Shown here in pieces: positions 1 through 13,406 of a stretch of DNA of 64,000 nt; position 1 is the stretch's first letter; every line of letters starts with the position of its first letter. Below the pieces are notes generated by a model. The model made no database searches. It had not been told where the DNA came from and worked only from the letters and a program-made list of their open reading frames with translations. The DNA is from Bilabrum cf. latius (lineage: Eukaryota). The position numbers and the translations under genes are program-made. The stretch is taken from the NCBI GenBank assembly GCA_965178125.1, contig OZ237759.1, forward strand, positions 868,001 to 932,000, given 5' to 3'.

Positions 1-62
1 GCAAGGGCAAGGGCAAGGGCAAGGGCAAGGGCAAGGGCAAGGGCAAGGGCAAGGGCAAGGGC
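1..62 (+). repeat. (GCAAGG)n hexamer tandem repeat, ~10 copies, truncated by window edge; encodes Lys-Gly repeats
   Basis: Perfect GCAAGG units from base 1. Frame aag-ggc (K-G) runs through TAG(63-65) into the ORF 75..296. Confidence 0.9.
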
Positions 63-296
63 TAGGACGCTGAGATGGAGCAAGGGGGGAGCCGCACAGG
101 CAGCTCTGGGTCTGGCAGGTACCAGGAGTATGAGCTAGAGTACGATGGAGTAGGGCTGTTCATGGAGTTCACAGAGGCTGCCAAGAGGACAGGCGGGGAG
201 AGCAGACCGCTGGTACGGGTGCAACAGGTGCTGCCGAGAGGACTCCCGCGCTCGGACGGAGCAGCCACTGGCGGTGCAGCGCGGGGGACCCTGTGA
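3..296 (+). CDS. 3' end of a hypothetical protein with a (KG)n tract; partial
   Basis: With TAG=Gln: (KG)n-Q-DAEMEQGGSR...GAARGTL-TGA(294-296). The start lies outside the window. Confidence 0.55.
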
Positions 297-680
297 GATG
301 AAGTGCCTTGCTGGCCGAGAGTGAGAGCGCAACACCACCTTCTCTCAGATCATCTGCACCGCATAAGCATCGCAACAAAGGCGATTATGTAAGAGCACCC
401 AAACGGTGTAGCTTCGAGCTTCGGCCGCATGATCTGGCCGAGCACCGCCACGGCAGCTCCGAGAATTGTCGCAGAATGTCGCCGACAGATGCGAATTACT
501 TTTTTTAGTTTTGCAAGTAGCTTGAGAGTTCAGGTTCTGAAACGGCAGGATCAGCATGCATACCTCTACACGTGAGTGCTTGTATTAAAAAACGCGGCGT
601 GATCAATAGGGTTAATGGTCTATCGAAGGTGCATACGGTTGCCGGAATGAACTGGACCGCCTGAGTCAGTGGCTTGATTG

Positions 681-3600
681 ATGCTCGTGAGAAGACACTT
701 TTCGATCGATCATGCAGCACCACCTTGTCTTGCAGCAACAGTAAATTAGCGAAGGGCGCAGTAGGACCGAGTTCGACTTGCACAGGCAGGACCGCCAACA
801 GGACGTGGACACGGGCAAGCTGTCGTGTTTGCAAATGCTATTCACGGCCTGGACCGAGGCGACGCACCGGGGCCACACCATGGGGGGATTATTGAAGCAT
901 TTGGACAGGCATCGAAGGTTCCTACAACAACGGCGAATGACAAGACGCGGGTACGGATGCTTGCCAGTGGGATTCAATGGTGGCTTGTTGCCGTTGGGGC
1001 TATCGTCACTGTTGCGGTGCTCGCCGGCGTTTTGGGATGGTACTTTTCGAAGGATGATCCAAATGATTCAATCAATAGCATCATAGGCGCACGCCAGCAG
1101 CCAGTGACGCTAGAGGGGAGTATTGTCGCGGCGGGACTGGCCTCTCGCCAGCAAGACATTTCCGCGAATAGCGATCTTGCTCTGGATGCGTGCAGTGGTA
1201 TGGAGGAGGGGCTCGTTGTACCTGCCGGGTCATGCAGTATCCTTCTGATTGAAAAGATAGCCAGTCGCGATGAAGGCTCTGCATCCACCCGCAGGCGGGC
1301 CTTGCAGGTTGGTGAGGCTCAGACCAACGGCAGCCGCCATCGATTCACCTTCTAGTTGCGACTGCTGCCGCTGCACAGACCCGAGCTGGACGATGTTGAG
1401 CTTCATGCACTGCTGTGGGAGGCCTTATAGCGGGCAGTTGTATCCGGAGAGCTACTGGAAACGTTTCGCACCGCGGGCTCCGGCTCCCTCCAGGCACTCG
1501 AGGGCATCGCGGCACCGGCGCTACTCCTCGCAGTGCGGCAGCCATCGCCGACACCGGGTGCTGCAACCGGTTCCTCATCGCCAACAGCGTCATAGGGGGT
1601 ATCACCAGCGGTAACGCCCTCCAACACGCCTGTTGCAACGTTTGTAGCGGCATCGCAGTCGCCGGAGACATCCGTGCAGCCTCCAGAGCCGACCGCAGTG
1701 CCCCTCCCATCGGGGGATACCCAGCCCATACAAGTGACGCAGCCGCAAGTGCAGCTGGCCCTGAGCACAGAAGATAGCATCACTAGGCTGATTCGCACAT
1801 CATCCGGCCGCACCCCGCGGCCCGCTGGAGTCGCAGTCCCTGTGCCGTGCGGTAGGTCATACGACGGCCACGACTGGGAGTCGCAGCACCCGTGTCTGGT
1901 GCGCTTCAACTGCACCGGGGCCGGTAATGACCGCCTGTGTGGCGCTGAGCTTCCCATGATGGCAAACTACTCCTATTGGCTCGAGACGAGCGAGCTGGGG
2001 CGCACGCCGTCGCATGCTGCGCAAGCGTCTCGGTTTCTCATGCACGGCGCCTTCGGTCCGACCTAGGCAGGCATCGATCGATTCCCGGCCTCTGGTGCCA
2101 ACTTTGCCGACGATGCACGCGCTTGGATGCAGCACCAGCTGCAAGTGCCGTACACCCTGCATCGAGCCCACTACCGGCGGCTTGCGAATCCGCGATCGCC
2201 GGGCAATACCGTCGCTGGCCGGCCTAGGGAGGCATGCGAGTCTGGGTCACGCTGGATGGGCTTTGCTGTGACGCAGTTCGATCAGGGGGCGACATTTGAG
2301 TTCGTGAATGATACGCTCATAGTCAACGGTTACCCGCGCACCTACGTGGAGGGTGCGCAGATGCCCCCGGAGGCAGGGGACGGGCCTTGGCGAGTGTGCT
2401 ACGTGCAGGAGAGGGTAGGGGGGTACATTCAATACGCAACCATGACGTCCCCGTGCCAGTTTGCTGGCACCAATCCGCCCATGATATTCCAGGAAGGCAG
2501 CGAGCCCGTAGAGTACATGTCTACGACAGAGCTAGGCGTCACGGTGGTGCCCGTGGCACGGCCTGCCAGTGACGTTTTTGTGCTGGAGAGCCCCCCTTCC
2601 TCTTGTCGGGCTCGCCGAGCGGGGCCGGTGTTCATGCGAGCTGCGGTGGAACCAGCAGGACCTGGTGCGCCACTCGTGTGGCTTCAGCTGCAACGGCGCC
2701 TGCGGATCGTGGACAATACGCCTGAGAATCCAGCCAACCACCGAGCCGTGGACGGCCTTGCGTGTCCGACGGCACCCAAGACCCCACTCAATGCACACCT
2801 TTGCGTGATCGCTCCCGGCTGTGGCAAGCCGACCATTGAGCCCGAGAATGCCTTGCTTACGTTGAATGCGAGTGTTATTCGCAGCTTGTACGAAGAATCT
2901 GGGATTTACGTCTACTACGTCACAGGACTCAAGATGGATTCCACGGTAGCGCCGTGCGGTGGGACATCGGGGCAAGTGAAATCTCGGTGGTATCGAGTGC
3001 AGCCAAGCGCCTGCAGTAATGCAGCAGCTCCTGGTAGTGCATCTTTGGATAATAGCACGCATGCGCTTCTGTCCAATGCGATCATGGCAGCGGATGACGG
3101 CGCAGACGTGATCGATGTATCGGTCGAGGTGGGAGGAGACAGTGCATGCACGCGAGCAGCCAAGGGTGTCCGCATCAACGTCCAGAGCGGGTCAGGCAGC
3201 AGTGCTGCCACAATGTGCTGGCAGCACGTGCACCAAGACGAGCGATCGGTACTGGACTTCACCTACTGGACAAGGTCACACCCAGGCAATCAGAACGCAC
3301 GCAACCAGGCTCGCCGGAACCCAATTACCGCAGTGGCAGAGCGTGGCGAGGTCAGGATATAGTTTCCTTCCTACCACGCAGCCAGCTAGTGGGAGGAGCG
3401 GAGGGCTCACCACCCCGTCATTGGGCGCTTGAATGGCCCCCTCCGTATCGCTGACCTTCCACCTGACCTGCGCACCCCTTAGCTGCTGCGCCGCGTGGGG
3501 GTCACGCAATCGTCCTCGGCGGATGCCCTGGATGACACTGTGGAGGTGTGCGGGTCGTACGGTGAGGTTGGCAATGACCCGTAGGCAGGTGACAAGTACA

Positions 3601-6600
3601 CGATGGCCCTCGATGGCAACGTAGATGTGGTATACTATGACTTAGACTAGTACGCGGAGGGCATCAAGGGGCAGAACACCAAGAGCAACGTTTGGGTAAA
3701 CGCCGTGCTCGATGCGCCCGACCAGCTTAGGCAGCGAGTGGCTTGGGCGCTGGAGCAACTGCTGGTGGTCAATGAAGGAGGCGCTAATCGTGAGCTTGAC
3801 ACAGAGGTGTTCGCCGCCTACCACGACATAATGGTCAGGCACTCGCTTGGCAGCTTCCGGGAGTTGCTGCGCGAGGTGGCACTCTCGCCCATCATGGGCA
3901 CGATGCTCACGTATCAAGGAAGTAACTCGCTGTACGTCACCCAGGAGCTGTTGCAGTAGCCGCCTGCCTTCCCCGATGAGAACTTTGCTCGCGAGATCCT
4001 GTAGCTCTTCACGATCGGGCTGTGGGAGTTGAATGCGGACGGCACGCGGAAGGTCGATGCTAGTGGTGGTTTCATTCCGACGTACTCGAATGCCGACATC
4101 TTGGAATACTCGAGGCTGTGGACTGGGCTTGGATACCAGCCGGTGGAGATCGAGCGCGCTAACATTGAGACTGTCGCGGCAAAGTTCACTCCAACTGGCG
4201 TAGACCCCATGCGTATCTTCTTCCCACAGTCGCGCGACTCTTTCCCGAAGCTAGGCCTTCGTGGAAGATTCATCGGAGATCATTACCCAGCTTGCTGGGA
4301 CCTTCCAAATCAGCATTTCCTGCGGCCTGGAGCTCGATACCACTACCTCGGCAACAGTCCGGTGCCGCGCCTCCAGACAGACCCCGAGGAGATCGCCATC
4401 GATGGCACCAAGCGAATGGTGCTGGATGCTGAGGACTCGGAGCTTTATGCGCTCCTCTGTGGCGAGCGCGGCCTCAACACAACCTGCTCCGGTACGTTGC
4501 GTTCGCTGGTGGTATTAAATCGCTCGATTTCCTGCCACGGCGCCGAGTGCTTGGCTGATACCTTGCGGGTAGTGTAGATTAGCCGGGGCCCGGGTCGCAA
4601 GCCAGTGTACTTTGAATACGAACGGCCGCCTTGCGTGGAGTTTGCCTTTGTCGAGAATGGTCACGGACGCCCGACTTCATGGTACACGATCCAAGCAATG
4701 TGCGTCGACCAACGCGCGGAGGCCGCAGCTGGGGCGTGCTGCCCCCTTGACGGCAGTAACCCAGCGGGCCGAGTTGCGTGCGGCCTGTACCAGGGCGAGC
4801 GAATACGATACGCAACAGCAGAAGCCCGCTGCAACGCAGCCGGCCAGACGCTGTGCCAGACATAGTACCCTGCCACTGAGTGCGGCAACTGGGGTGACCG
4901 CAGGCAGTGGGGCACATCAAGGTGCACCACACGTGTGCGTGTATTCCCTGATGGTCGAGTACAAGCCCTTCATGAAATGACAGGCCACTTCTAGGGGTCG
5001 CGCGAGGCTCGTGTAAGTGACGTGAGGGACAACTACAAGTTTCGCGTTGGTTGGAGTAATGGGTTCCCGCGTAATTCCGCGGATCCGCTTGCGAATGGAA
5101 GGTGTGTCCCTGCATCCGGTGGGACTGTATCATGCGAGGTCGACGTTGTAGCGGAAGTCGCCTTCGATTATGTGCCGGAAAACTACACCGTTATAGCTGA
5201 GGCACTTCATGTAGGTGCAAACGATCCATTGACCACAGGCGATGCAGCGGAGTATTCGCTGTGCACGACACCCGCGTGCTCACTGCTGGGCTAGAATCAC
5301 GGCGTGGAGGTCTTCCTTCGTCGAGACAGCAACGGCACACTCGATTCTACTACAATCTTCCGCGCAACCGTTGGTGGTCGACCACGCTTCTTGGCAAATG
5401 TTCACCACCAGGTGCGTGTCTCTGATAGATACAGCTTCCGTAACCCGCCAGTGATGATGACTGTGTGGGAGGACGCTGCACGCAATGCCTATCAGGAGAC
5501 TGATGCGGCGATCGACCACTACCTTTAGCACGAAAATGTCCCTCCGTTCCTGGCAACTTTCCTGATCAAGCGACTCACCGTTTCGAATCCATCGCCGCGG
5601 TACGTGTAGGTAGTCGCGGATGCCTTCCGGTCGGGACTGTACCAGGGGGTCGGCACCGGAGAGTTCGGTGACCTGGCTGCGACTGCAGCTGCTGTCCTGT
5701 TGGATCGAGAGGCGCTGTCGCCTACTCTTGAGGCAGATCCATCCCACGGCAAGTTGCGAGAACCGCTGCTAAAGGTAATGCACCTGTTCCGTGCGCTGGG
5801 GCTCCAGGCTGCTGACGGCCATGTTATAGAACTCTTCGAGATGGAGCGCAGGCTGGGCCAGCTGCCCTTTAAGTCACCATCAGTGTTTAATTTCTACCAG
5901 GATGACTTCCAACCACCAGGTGCACTTGTAGATGCGCAGCTTACAGCGCCAGAGGCGTAGATCCTCAATACACCAACGATAATGGGCTGGCTCAACGGCG
6001 TTCTGAGTCTGCTCGAATTCGGCCTGACAAGCTGTGAGGGGGGCTTCGGGTCTCGAACGTGGGCTCAGGTGGGTACTGGCGTCTAGTGCGACCACATTGG
6101 CGAGGGATTGGTGCAGCCAGACCCTTACTGGGCGGCTAACCTGACATGGATGCCAGGGAGCGCTGCTCCGTCGGATGTAGCTGAGGAACTCGACCTTCTT
6201 CTGACAGGTGGCCGCATGAGCCCATGGACGAAGAGCGTCATTGCATCGGCTATCCGGTCAGTCCGGGATACTCCTGGTAGCAGCACGTTAGATGAGCGTA
6301 CCGCTGCGGTTCATCTTGCAACATCGGCTCCAGAGTTTCACACCTTAGGTGTTGGCCATACCCCAACTCAAAGTAAGGTGTCGCCTACGGAGTCCCCTGA
6401 TGGTGCTGATGCACCCACGACCGCCTCGGTGGGTGGCACAGAGGCAGACGGATACCACCTAGTCGTGTTTCTTAACTTTAATGGTGGATGTGACTCGTAC
6501 AACATGCTCGTGCCACTGAGTGGCTGTCAGAACGACATGGACCTGTACGCCCACTACCAGCAGGTTCGCGGAGATGTCGCCCTTCCCACCAGTTAGTTGC

Positions 6601-7742
6601 TCGAAGTTGATGTGCCAACGGGCTCACAGCCTTGCGACCGGTTCGGAATCCACCACCGACTCCCGATTCTACAGCAACTGTACGACGATGGTGATGCAGT
6701 ATTCATCGCGAACATAGGGCCGCTCGTGGAGCCTGTGACGCGGGATGAGGTGGAGAGAGGCACGGCCCCTGTTCCGGATGGCTTGTTTGCTCACAATCTG
6801 CAGACCAAGGTGACCTAGAGCGTGTACGCTCAGGACCCCTCGAATGTTGGCGTGCTTGGCAGAATTCGGGACGCATTGTATCGACAGGGGCAGGCGGCAA
6901 CCGCGTACTCGATCAATGGCAACAGCATTGCCGTGCAGGGCGAGCCTGGACAAGGTCCATCCCCGGATATAGTGGATTCACTGGCCGGGGTGGTCCCATT
7001 CGATGCCAGAGGAAGGGTAGCAACTCTGTCAGGAGCACTTGAGTCCCTGGTGCGAAACGGGTCACGGTCTTTCATGGCTGACTCGTGGTCGAGGCAGCTC
7101 GCGTCGGCACTTGAGAGGTCGAGGATGCTGGCCGCCTCTGTAGAGCGGAACGGCACTCTATAGCAGCCCTTTGCCGCGGCTGTACCCGCGCCCAATACAG
7201 CTCCGAGTCAGATCGCCTTGCAGCTTGAGCAAGCGGCGCGGCTAGTTTCTGCTCGCAAGGCGCTGGGGTCTACTCGCGACATGGTATTTGTAGAATTAGG
7301 CGGCTTTGATAGCCACAGCGATCTTTTCCAGACGCACGACGGGCTATTCCAGCAGATCAACGAGGCCCTTGATAGTTTCATACAGGAAATGAGGCTGCAA
7401 GGTGTGTGGGAGAATGTGACGATCGTGCAGACAAGTGAGTTCGGGCGCACGCTCACCAGCAACGGTGCTGGCACGGATCATGGGTGGGCGGGAAACACCT
7501 TTGTGGTAGGCGGCTCGGTGCGTGGGGGTCGTGTGCACGGCCAGTACCCAACTGACTTGTCGGAGGATGGGTCGCTTAACCTGGGACGAGGCAGACTCAT
7601 CCCAACGACCGGGTGGGAAGCTGTGTGGAATGCAGTAGCCCAGCGCTTCGGTGTGGACAAGAACCAAATGTCGGCAGTTCTACCCAACCTGAGTAGGTTC
7701 CCTGCAGGGTCTCTTCTAGAGCCTGAGGACCTGTTTGTGTGA
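681..7742 (+). CDS. DUF1800-DUF1501 fusion protein (~2350 aa) with an N-terminal TM segment, intronless
   Basis: Thirteen listed ORF pieces share one frame and are separated only by TAG (~24 in total; no TAA or TGA until 7740). DUF1800 motifs: DQLRQRVAWAL, PDENFAREIL[TAG]LFTIGL, VSNPSPRYV, GKLREPLL, SPSVFNFY, APEA[TAG]I. DUF1501 motifs: NGGCDSYNMLVP, LGGFDSHS, SEFGRTLTSNGAGTDHGW, GRLIPTT. The start ATG (681) is the first in frame after TGA 675 and is uncertain. Confidence 0.88.
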
Positions 7743-7990
7743 TGCCACGGGGTCCTTCGGGGCATCTGGGATGCGGCAGCGACCGTTCGGATTTGGGTGG
7801 GGGAGGGTTCTAGATTAGTGGCGTTAGGCAGGCCTGGTCATGAGAAACACCACAAGCTGTGTAGTGATACGCTTTGCTTTCGAAATTCGGAATTTTGAAA
7901 GAACTCTAGGCCCTAGATCTAGATCACGACGCTCCGAATTGCAGCTCCGAATCAACACCGCAGCCTGATCCCTTGAAGTGATACGGAACG

Positions 7991-9368
7991 TCACTTCTTG
8001 GGCTACGCTACCCTCTTTACCAAGACCCGGAGCGCCTTTTCAAGTCTTTGCACGCGCCTCTCTAGCGCGCTGACGCGAGAGTCGCTGCATGCGCACTCGG
8101 CACTGCGCTGCAAGCCGGAGCCCAGCTCCGTGCCGGTATTGGCAGGGTCTCTTGACTTGGTCACCTACTCCGAACTAGAGCCCTCATCTCCTGTTCGCGA
8201 TGCAGCGGCGGTTTCCTCGGCAGTACCCAGTGCGGGCGGGTGCAAGCCCCCCTCTGGTTCAGTGCCATCGAGTTGGAACACAGAGAGCTGGGTCGGCTTG
8301 CCGATGGGGGACCCTGACCCTGCCCCCTCCTGCAGCGGATCCTGCAACGGGGGTACCACGTCCTACTCGCTGTCTCCGGAGCCTCTGGCTTCTTCCCCCG
8401 CGGGGAAGAGCATGCCTCTGTGCACGTGGAAGAACAACTCCCACGCAGCCAGCGCACGGTTGCCTTGGTAGTCCAGCTGCCAACCCTGCCCGTCCTGCCC
8501 CGGGGCATACAGCCGCAGCTATGGGTATTTTGTGATTTTCTCTGCGTCACAAAATGCAGTTGCAGGGTTGCTGGCCCCGCAGTCCACGAGGACGAACTGG
8601 ACCCTGCCTCGGAAAAAAGTGGCGCCGGCCTCGAAGGTGCTCCGCAGCCGGTAGCAGTGTGCACACCAGGGCTCCATGAAGGCAGCGAACACGGGCATGG
8701 AGCGGCCGCTGCCAGCGTTATACAGCCCATGAAACCAATCCGCATCTTTGAACTGCAGTACATCAGCAGGGTTACCGACCACTCCACGTAGATGCAGGTA
8801 CCGAAGCAATCGCTGGGAGCTTAGGGGCAGTCGGTACTCCTCTAGCCCGTCCTCCGGGGTCCGCACGAACACATGAATACCGCTCCGACCCAAAGTATCG
8901 GAATCATTCCTGTCTCCTCCTTGCGAATCCGAAGAAGTCCACGAAGGCGCAGATGCAGCGCCGCTGTCTTCGTCCGGCGACGGCAACAGCCCCAACTCAG
9001 TTGCTAGCCTCCTGTTCACAGGATTGCGGGCGTCGGCGTAGAAAAACTAAAATTGCGGCATTCTCGACTCAGTTTTTTCCATGACATCAATGGCATGTGA
9101 TACCAATGGCGGATACCCTGTCACAGCTCCATCACCGCCGGTATCTACTTCCAAGCTTGCAATTCCCTCAGCAACTTTAGCAGCTTGAACAGAATCAAAC
9201 ACTAACGCCACCTGCAGTCAAGATTTCTCTGAGGCTGAGTAATTCCATTGACTCAGAATAATAAATTTCTGTGATGCGTGCAACTGCATGTATTATGAGA
9301 CTCACCATTGCAGTTGTCCTTGTGCGCATTCTGGCGATGCTAAGTTCTTCGACGGCCCTAGAATTCAT
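7991..9368 (-). CDS. Thioredoxin/PDI-like protein (WCAHC active site) with a C-terminal coiled coil
   Basis: FAAFMEPWCAHCYRL...VLVDC...ITKYP[TAG]LRLY thioredoxin fold. The frame stays open through TAGs to TGA at 7991-7993. Likely intron 9305..9212 (GTGAGT...CTGCAG). The true start is uncertain. Confidence 0.72.
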
Positions 9369-9723
9369 AGTGAGTATATAAATGACCGACAACAAGCAAT
9401 CATATCGCATGAAACGCGAAATAGCGCACCAAGTATCTGATTCTAACTGTGCCCATAAGTTGTTGTGGTTCCGTAATTCGCGCGGCGCCACGAAGGCAGC
9501 GGAACAGGGGAGAAAACCGAGCAACAACAGTTCACTTCATTGAACATCACGACTAGTGAGAGTTTTTCCAAACGAAGAATAATTTTCTTGCGGTCTATAA
9601 GCTTGATTTAGAGCAATTAGACCCGACGCGCACCTGTACAATTGGTTGATTGGCATTGAAGGTCGATTGATAGGACTAGGCGACTGCCATATCAACTTGG
9701 AATCTCCATAACTCCTCCAAAGG

Positions 9724-10572
9724 ATGAACGAATCTAGCAAGACAGGCGCGTTTCAGCAAATAGGGCCGAGCACTGGGCGTCGGAGTACTGCTGAGCGAAA
9801 CGAAGCTCGACGAAGTCGAACCAAACGGGTCTCGAGGTCAAAGTCTGGGGGTGGACACATCCTCTCCCCGGATTTACTTCCTGATGGCAGCCCAGAGAAG
9901 AAGTGTGATGCAGTTGGTTTGGTGGCGCCGCTTGGGGGTGGCGATGCTCGCCCGTTGTACTCATCTGAGGTTGCTGCAGGTGGCAGCGCGAGACGAGATT
10001 CGGAGGATGCATCAGATAGCGATTCGGAGGTCCGACACTCCCAGCACAAAGTCGTGGGCTTTGCAAAAGATCAAGGTGCTAAGTCCTGCCCGCCGGAACT
10101 TCCTGCTGTTGGCAGCCCGGCAGAGGGGTCTCCCGGCGAGCCTGGCTCTTGCGGCGCAGTCGGGGATGGAATCGGAGCTAGCGTTGCGAAATCTCCTGCG
10201 CAATAGGACGCAAATGCAAGCCAAAGCATTGAATCAAGAGCAGGGGAAGGTGGAGGCCTTGCTAGCAGCACAGCTGCGGCAGTCTCATCGGCCTGCCGCA
10301 TGATGGGCCCCGGCGCCGCTGAGCAGTTCAGTTGGGATGAGGTGCGCAAGCACAGGTACAGCGACAGCTGCTGGCTTGTGGCGCGAGGGGTCGTGTATGA
10401 CGTGACGAGTTTCCTGGACGAGCACCCCGTGGGCGCAGAGGCCATCCTGCGGCGTGCTGGGCGAGACAACACGGAGGACCTGGACTTTCATTCGCGTGGG
10501 GCCCAGGCCATGTGGAACAAGTACAGGATCGGCGTCATCGAGGGCCAGGCGGGGGGCTGTGTGGTAGCGTGA
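9724..10572 (+). CDS. Cytochrome b5-like heme-binding domain protein with a disordered N-terminus and a C-terminal CaaX (CVVA)
   Basis: FSWDEVRKH...CWLVARGVVYDVTSFLDEHPVG...AGRDNTEDLDFHS. Joined to ORF 9724..10206 through one TAG; ends GGCVVA-TGA. Confidence 0.85.
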
Positions 10573-10706
10573 TTACAGCTCGACTCTTGGTGCCCAGGGC
10601 TATTTATTTGTTCCCCGTTTGAAAACAGTGTATGCTACATCGATGCAGCGCGCTGTGCATTCAGTGCGATACCACGCAGTCACGAGGAACGCATACATCT
10701 CCTCTA

Positions 10707-11759
10707 TCATTTCCACCGGACGTTCTCAGCCCCAACTCCTAGCCCAAGCAAGCTGTGAGCGATAGGCCGCACCGCTTCGTAGGCTGCAAGCGTCACCGCA
10801 GAGCTGGGCACCACCCGGACCAGCCCGGGGAGAAACCCTCGGTACAGCCCACGGAGGCCCTCTCCCGCCCATGTCTTTCTAAAACAATCAATGTACCCCG
10901 AGTACAGCCGCTCCGCCCCCTGCTGCTGCAGCCGCGCCTTGAGCACGGCGTGAGGGAAGGTCGCGCAGGAGGCAGCCACCTTGCTGGCTGCACCCATGCA
11001 CAGGTGCACAGCATGGCTCCACTGGGTGTCCCTGTAGCTGGCGAACATTCGTTTCAGCTCCTCGTAGGCTGCAAACTGCACCATGCCGTGCGAGGTTAGC
11101 AGCAGGGCGGGGACTAGTCCCCGGTACAAGGCGAGCGGGCCCTCCTCGCGCACGATGCGCCGGAATGCGTCGCCTATGCCGCGGTAATTTCCTGTGCTTG
11201 CCCCCGTTACCTACTCTCGAGGCCCATCCTGCAACTGCAGCCGTATTTTGACCAACCAGACAGGGTTCGTCATCAGCACAGTAGCTGTGCCAGCCATCCA
11301 TGCGGCGAGGCTGTGTTGCCACCACGCCAGCTGCCCACGACCATCACCACCTTTCCGGCTAGTTTGGCCAACATTAGACATTAATTGCTTTGAATGCTCG
11401 TAAAAGTAGAAGTACAGTCCCCAGGAAAGGCTAGATCCCAGCATGGCGGGCGCCGCACCTCGATAAAAGCCGCGGAGTCCGTCACTGGTCCAGATCCGGC
11501 CAGCCGCCCCTCGTACAGACGCGTCCGTTGCTCTAAAAGTTTTTCCATCGCTAACCTACATCCTAGTTTTCACAAGGTCAATCGGGTACAGCAGAATAGT
11601 GGAGGCAAGTCCAGCTGAGAAACCTGCAATCATGTGTTCGACTTGGGCCGAACCACTTCTTGCATCAGGTACTGCCCGCTTGTCCATGGAGTCAGTTTTT
11701 GTGGATGACATTACGTCTGACCTATTTTGCGGCGTTCCAGACGCGCCTCCATCGTTCAT
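10707..11759 (-). CDS. Mitochondrial carrier family protein (folate/FAD/NAD carrier-like, SLC25A32 type)
   Basis: Three carrier repeats: YPIDLVKTRM[TAG]V, NPVWLVKIRLQLQ, FPHAVLKARLQ. Also GLRGFYRG, SWGLYFYFYE, HGMVQFAAYEELK. Two in-frame TAGs; TGA stop at 10707. Confidence 0.9.
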
Positions 11760-12008
11760 GGGAAGAAGAACAGCCAATTTTCCAGGCAAAATAACTTGAA
11801 TCAGTTGCAGGTTGACTGCTCGATCGCGTACACCATATAGCTGGAGGTATAGGTCGATCGATCGATTCCAACTGATACTGGCGCGATAGTAGCTGCAAGC
11901 CTTTGCGTTTTCATCATGCTTGACGTGGCCTGCGCCTGGCGCCGCGCAGTTCTTGCAACTGGTTCCGCCACGTTCAGCCGTTCAGAGTTACACGAGTTTT
12001 AGCCAAGC

Positions 12009-12627
12009 ATGGCTGCTGCAGGCAGTACAACAGTCCCTGGAATTGATTCATCGAATCCAATTGCTAATACAAGTAAACTTGTCCCTGTTTCGTTGGACTT
12101 GGACGGAAAGAAGGCCAAGTTCATCGACGGGAAGTGGGTAGTGGAGGGAGTAGAATCGAAGACGGATGGTGCATCTAAGGAATAGGTGGACAGGCTAATG
12201 CAGCGAATTCGGACGCTTGAAGATCAAGGCTCGGAGTACGAACGCAGGTTGAAAGGTGGGCTTTTTACTGTCCTACAACAGTGTGGATTGGGAGGTCTGC
12301 TGCATTCTCTCCTCTCGACAATTTCTTGTCCATTCTATCCTCTCAGAGCTAGCCGATGCAAATGCAATGCTAGCCTTTAAGCATAAATTGATGCTCGAGA
12401 TGCTTGCAGTTGCTCAACTGGATGGCGAGACAGCGGCACGTATGCTCCGAGATGAGCGACTTCGTACAGAGGCTCTCAAGTGGGAGCTAGCTAGGACGGC
12501 ACTTACTGATGCCCGAGTCATGGCAGAGGGACCCGGCCTCGTTAATACAAGTACAGAAGCTGATGGGGCTGCTCGGACGGGAAACGATGTTGGGAAGGGC
12601 GTTTCAGGGCACCGAAGTGGTGTCTAA
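12009..12627 (+). CDS. CBY1: Chibby-family basal body protein, 2 exons (12009-12255, 12347-12627)
   Basis: LDLDGKKAKFIDGKWVV followed by coiled coil ...E|LADANAMLAFKHKLMLEMLAV matches the Chibby pattern. 91-nt GTGGGC...CTCAG intron, one TAG, ends at TAA. Confidence 0.7.
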
Positions 12628-13406
12628 CTGAATCCACCAGTGGACTGCCAGGCTAGCCGGAATTCGCTTCCAATACGGCGAGATCTGCGAGTTGCCAGGC
12701 TTCTATGGGGTGTTTCGGCTGTGTCGGTACCTACGTGCTTGGACCAAGCGTCGAGTGGGTCATCAGGCCCGGCAGCAGAGCCAACCGCAGATGGGGCTGC
12801 TAATACGGATTAATCGTGTAGGGAAACCAGCAACTGGCAAGTAGGTAGCAGGACTCGTGCTGCGGAGAGTGCTTCCTTCTGAGTCGACTTGCAGCAGCCG
12901 GCAGATTAAGAGGTGCGAGCTCAGCTGGACAGGCTTGGTCTGCTAGAGGCTGCGGGTGGGTGCCATGCAGCCCATGAACGGCTCGCTGCTGTCAGCCACA
13001 TTCAAAACCCGGGCAGCAATGAAAGGAGCTGCGCGGGTAGACACCCGCGGTGCCACAGGCAGCATACGATATCTAGACCTGGTGCTGTGGCTGGAAGTTG
13101 TGGCCTGTCTGCACATTGCGCGATGCAACTTGGTTTAGGCGTGTGTGCTGCCATCTTGAATCAACACAATTCTTCGATTCTGTGCAGGAATGGCTTTTCT
13201 GCAGCGCGCTTCACGGTATCCATCTATTTGTTGAGCAGCTTGCAGCCTGCCTGCCAGCCCAATGTTATCCGATGTGTGCAGCACTGCTGGTATGCATGCA
13301 GCAGCGTTGGCGTGCGAAAAAGCTCGTCGTCACACGGTGTCGGGAATGCGGCCGCGCTGCGTCCGTTCGAACCGAACTGAATTCAACACGTTACGAAGGC
13401 TACACA

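Noticed and set aside
1-62. Variant telomere (CAAGGG)n at the window start
   Set aside because: It reads in frame as (KG)n into a coding-like sequence, and the real telomere unit here is TTAGGG.
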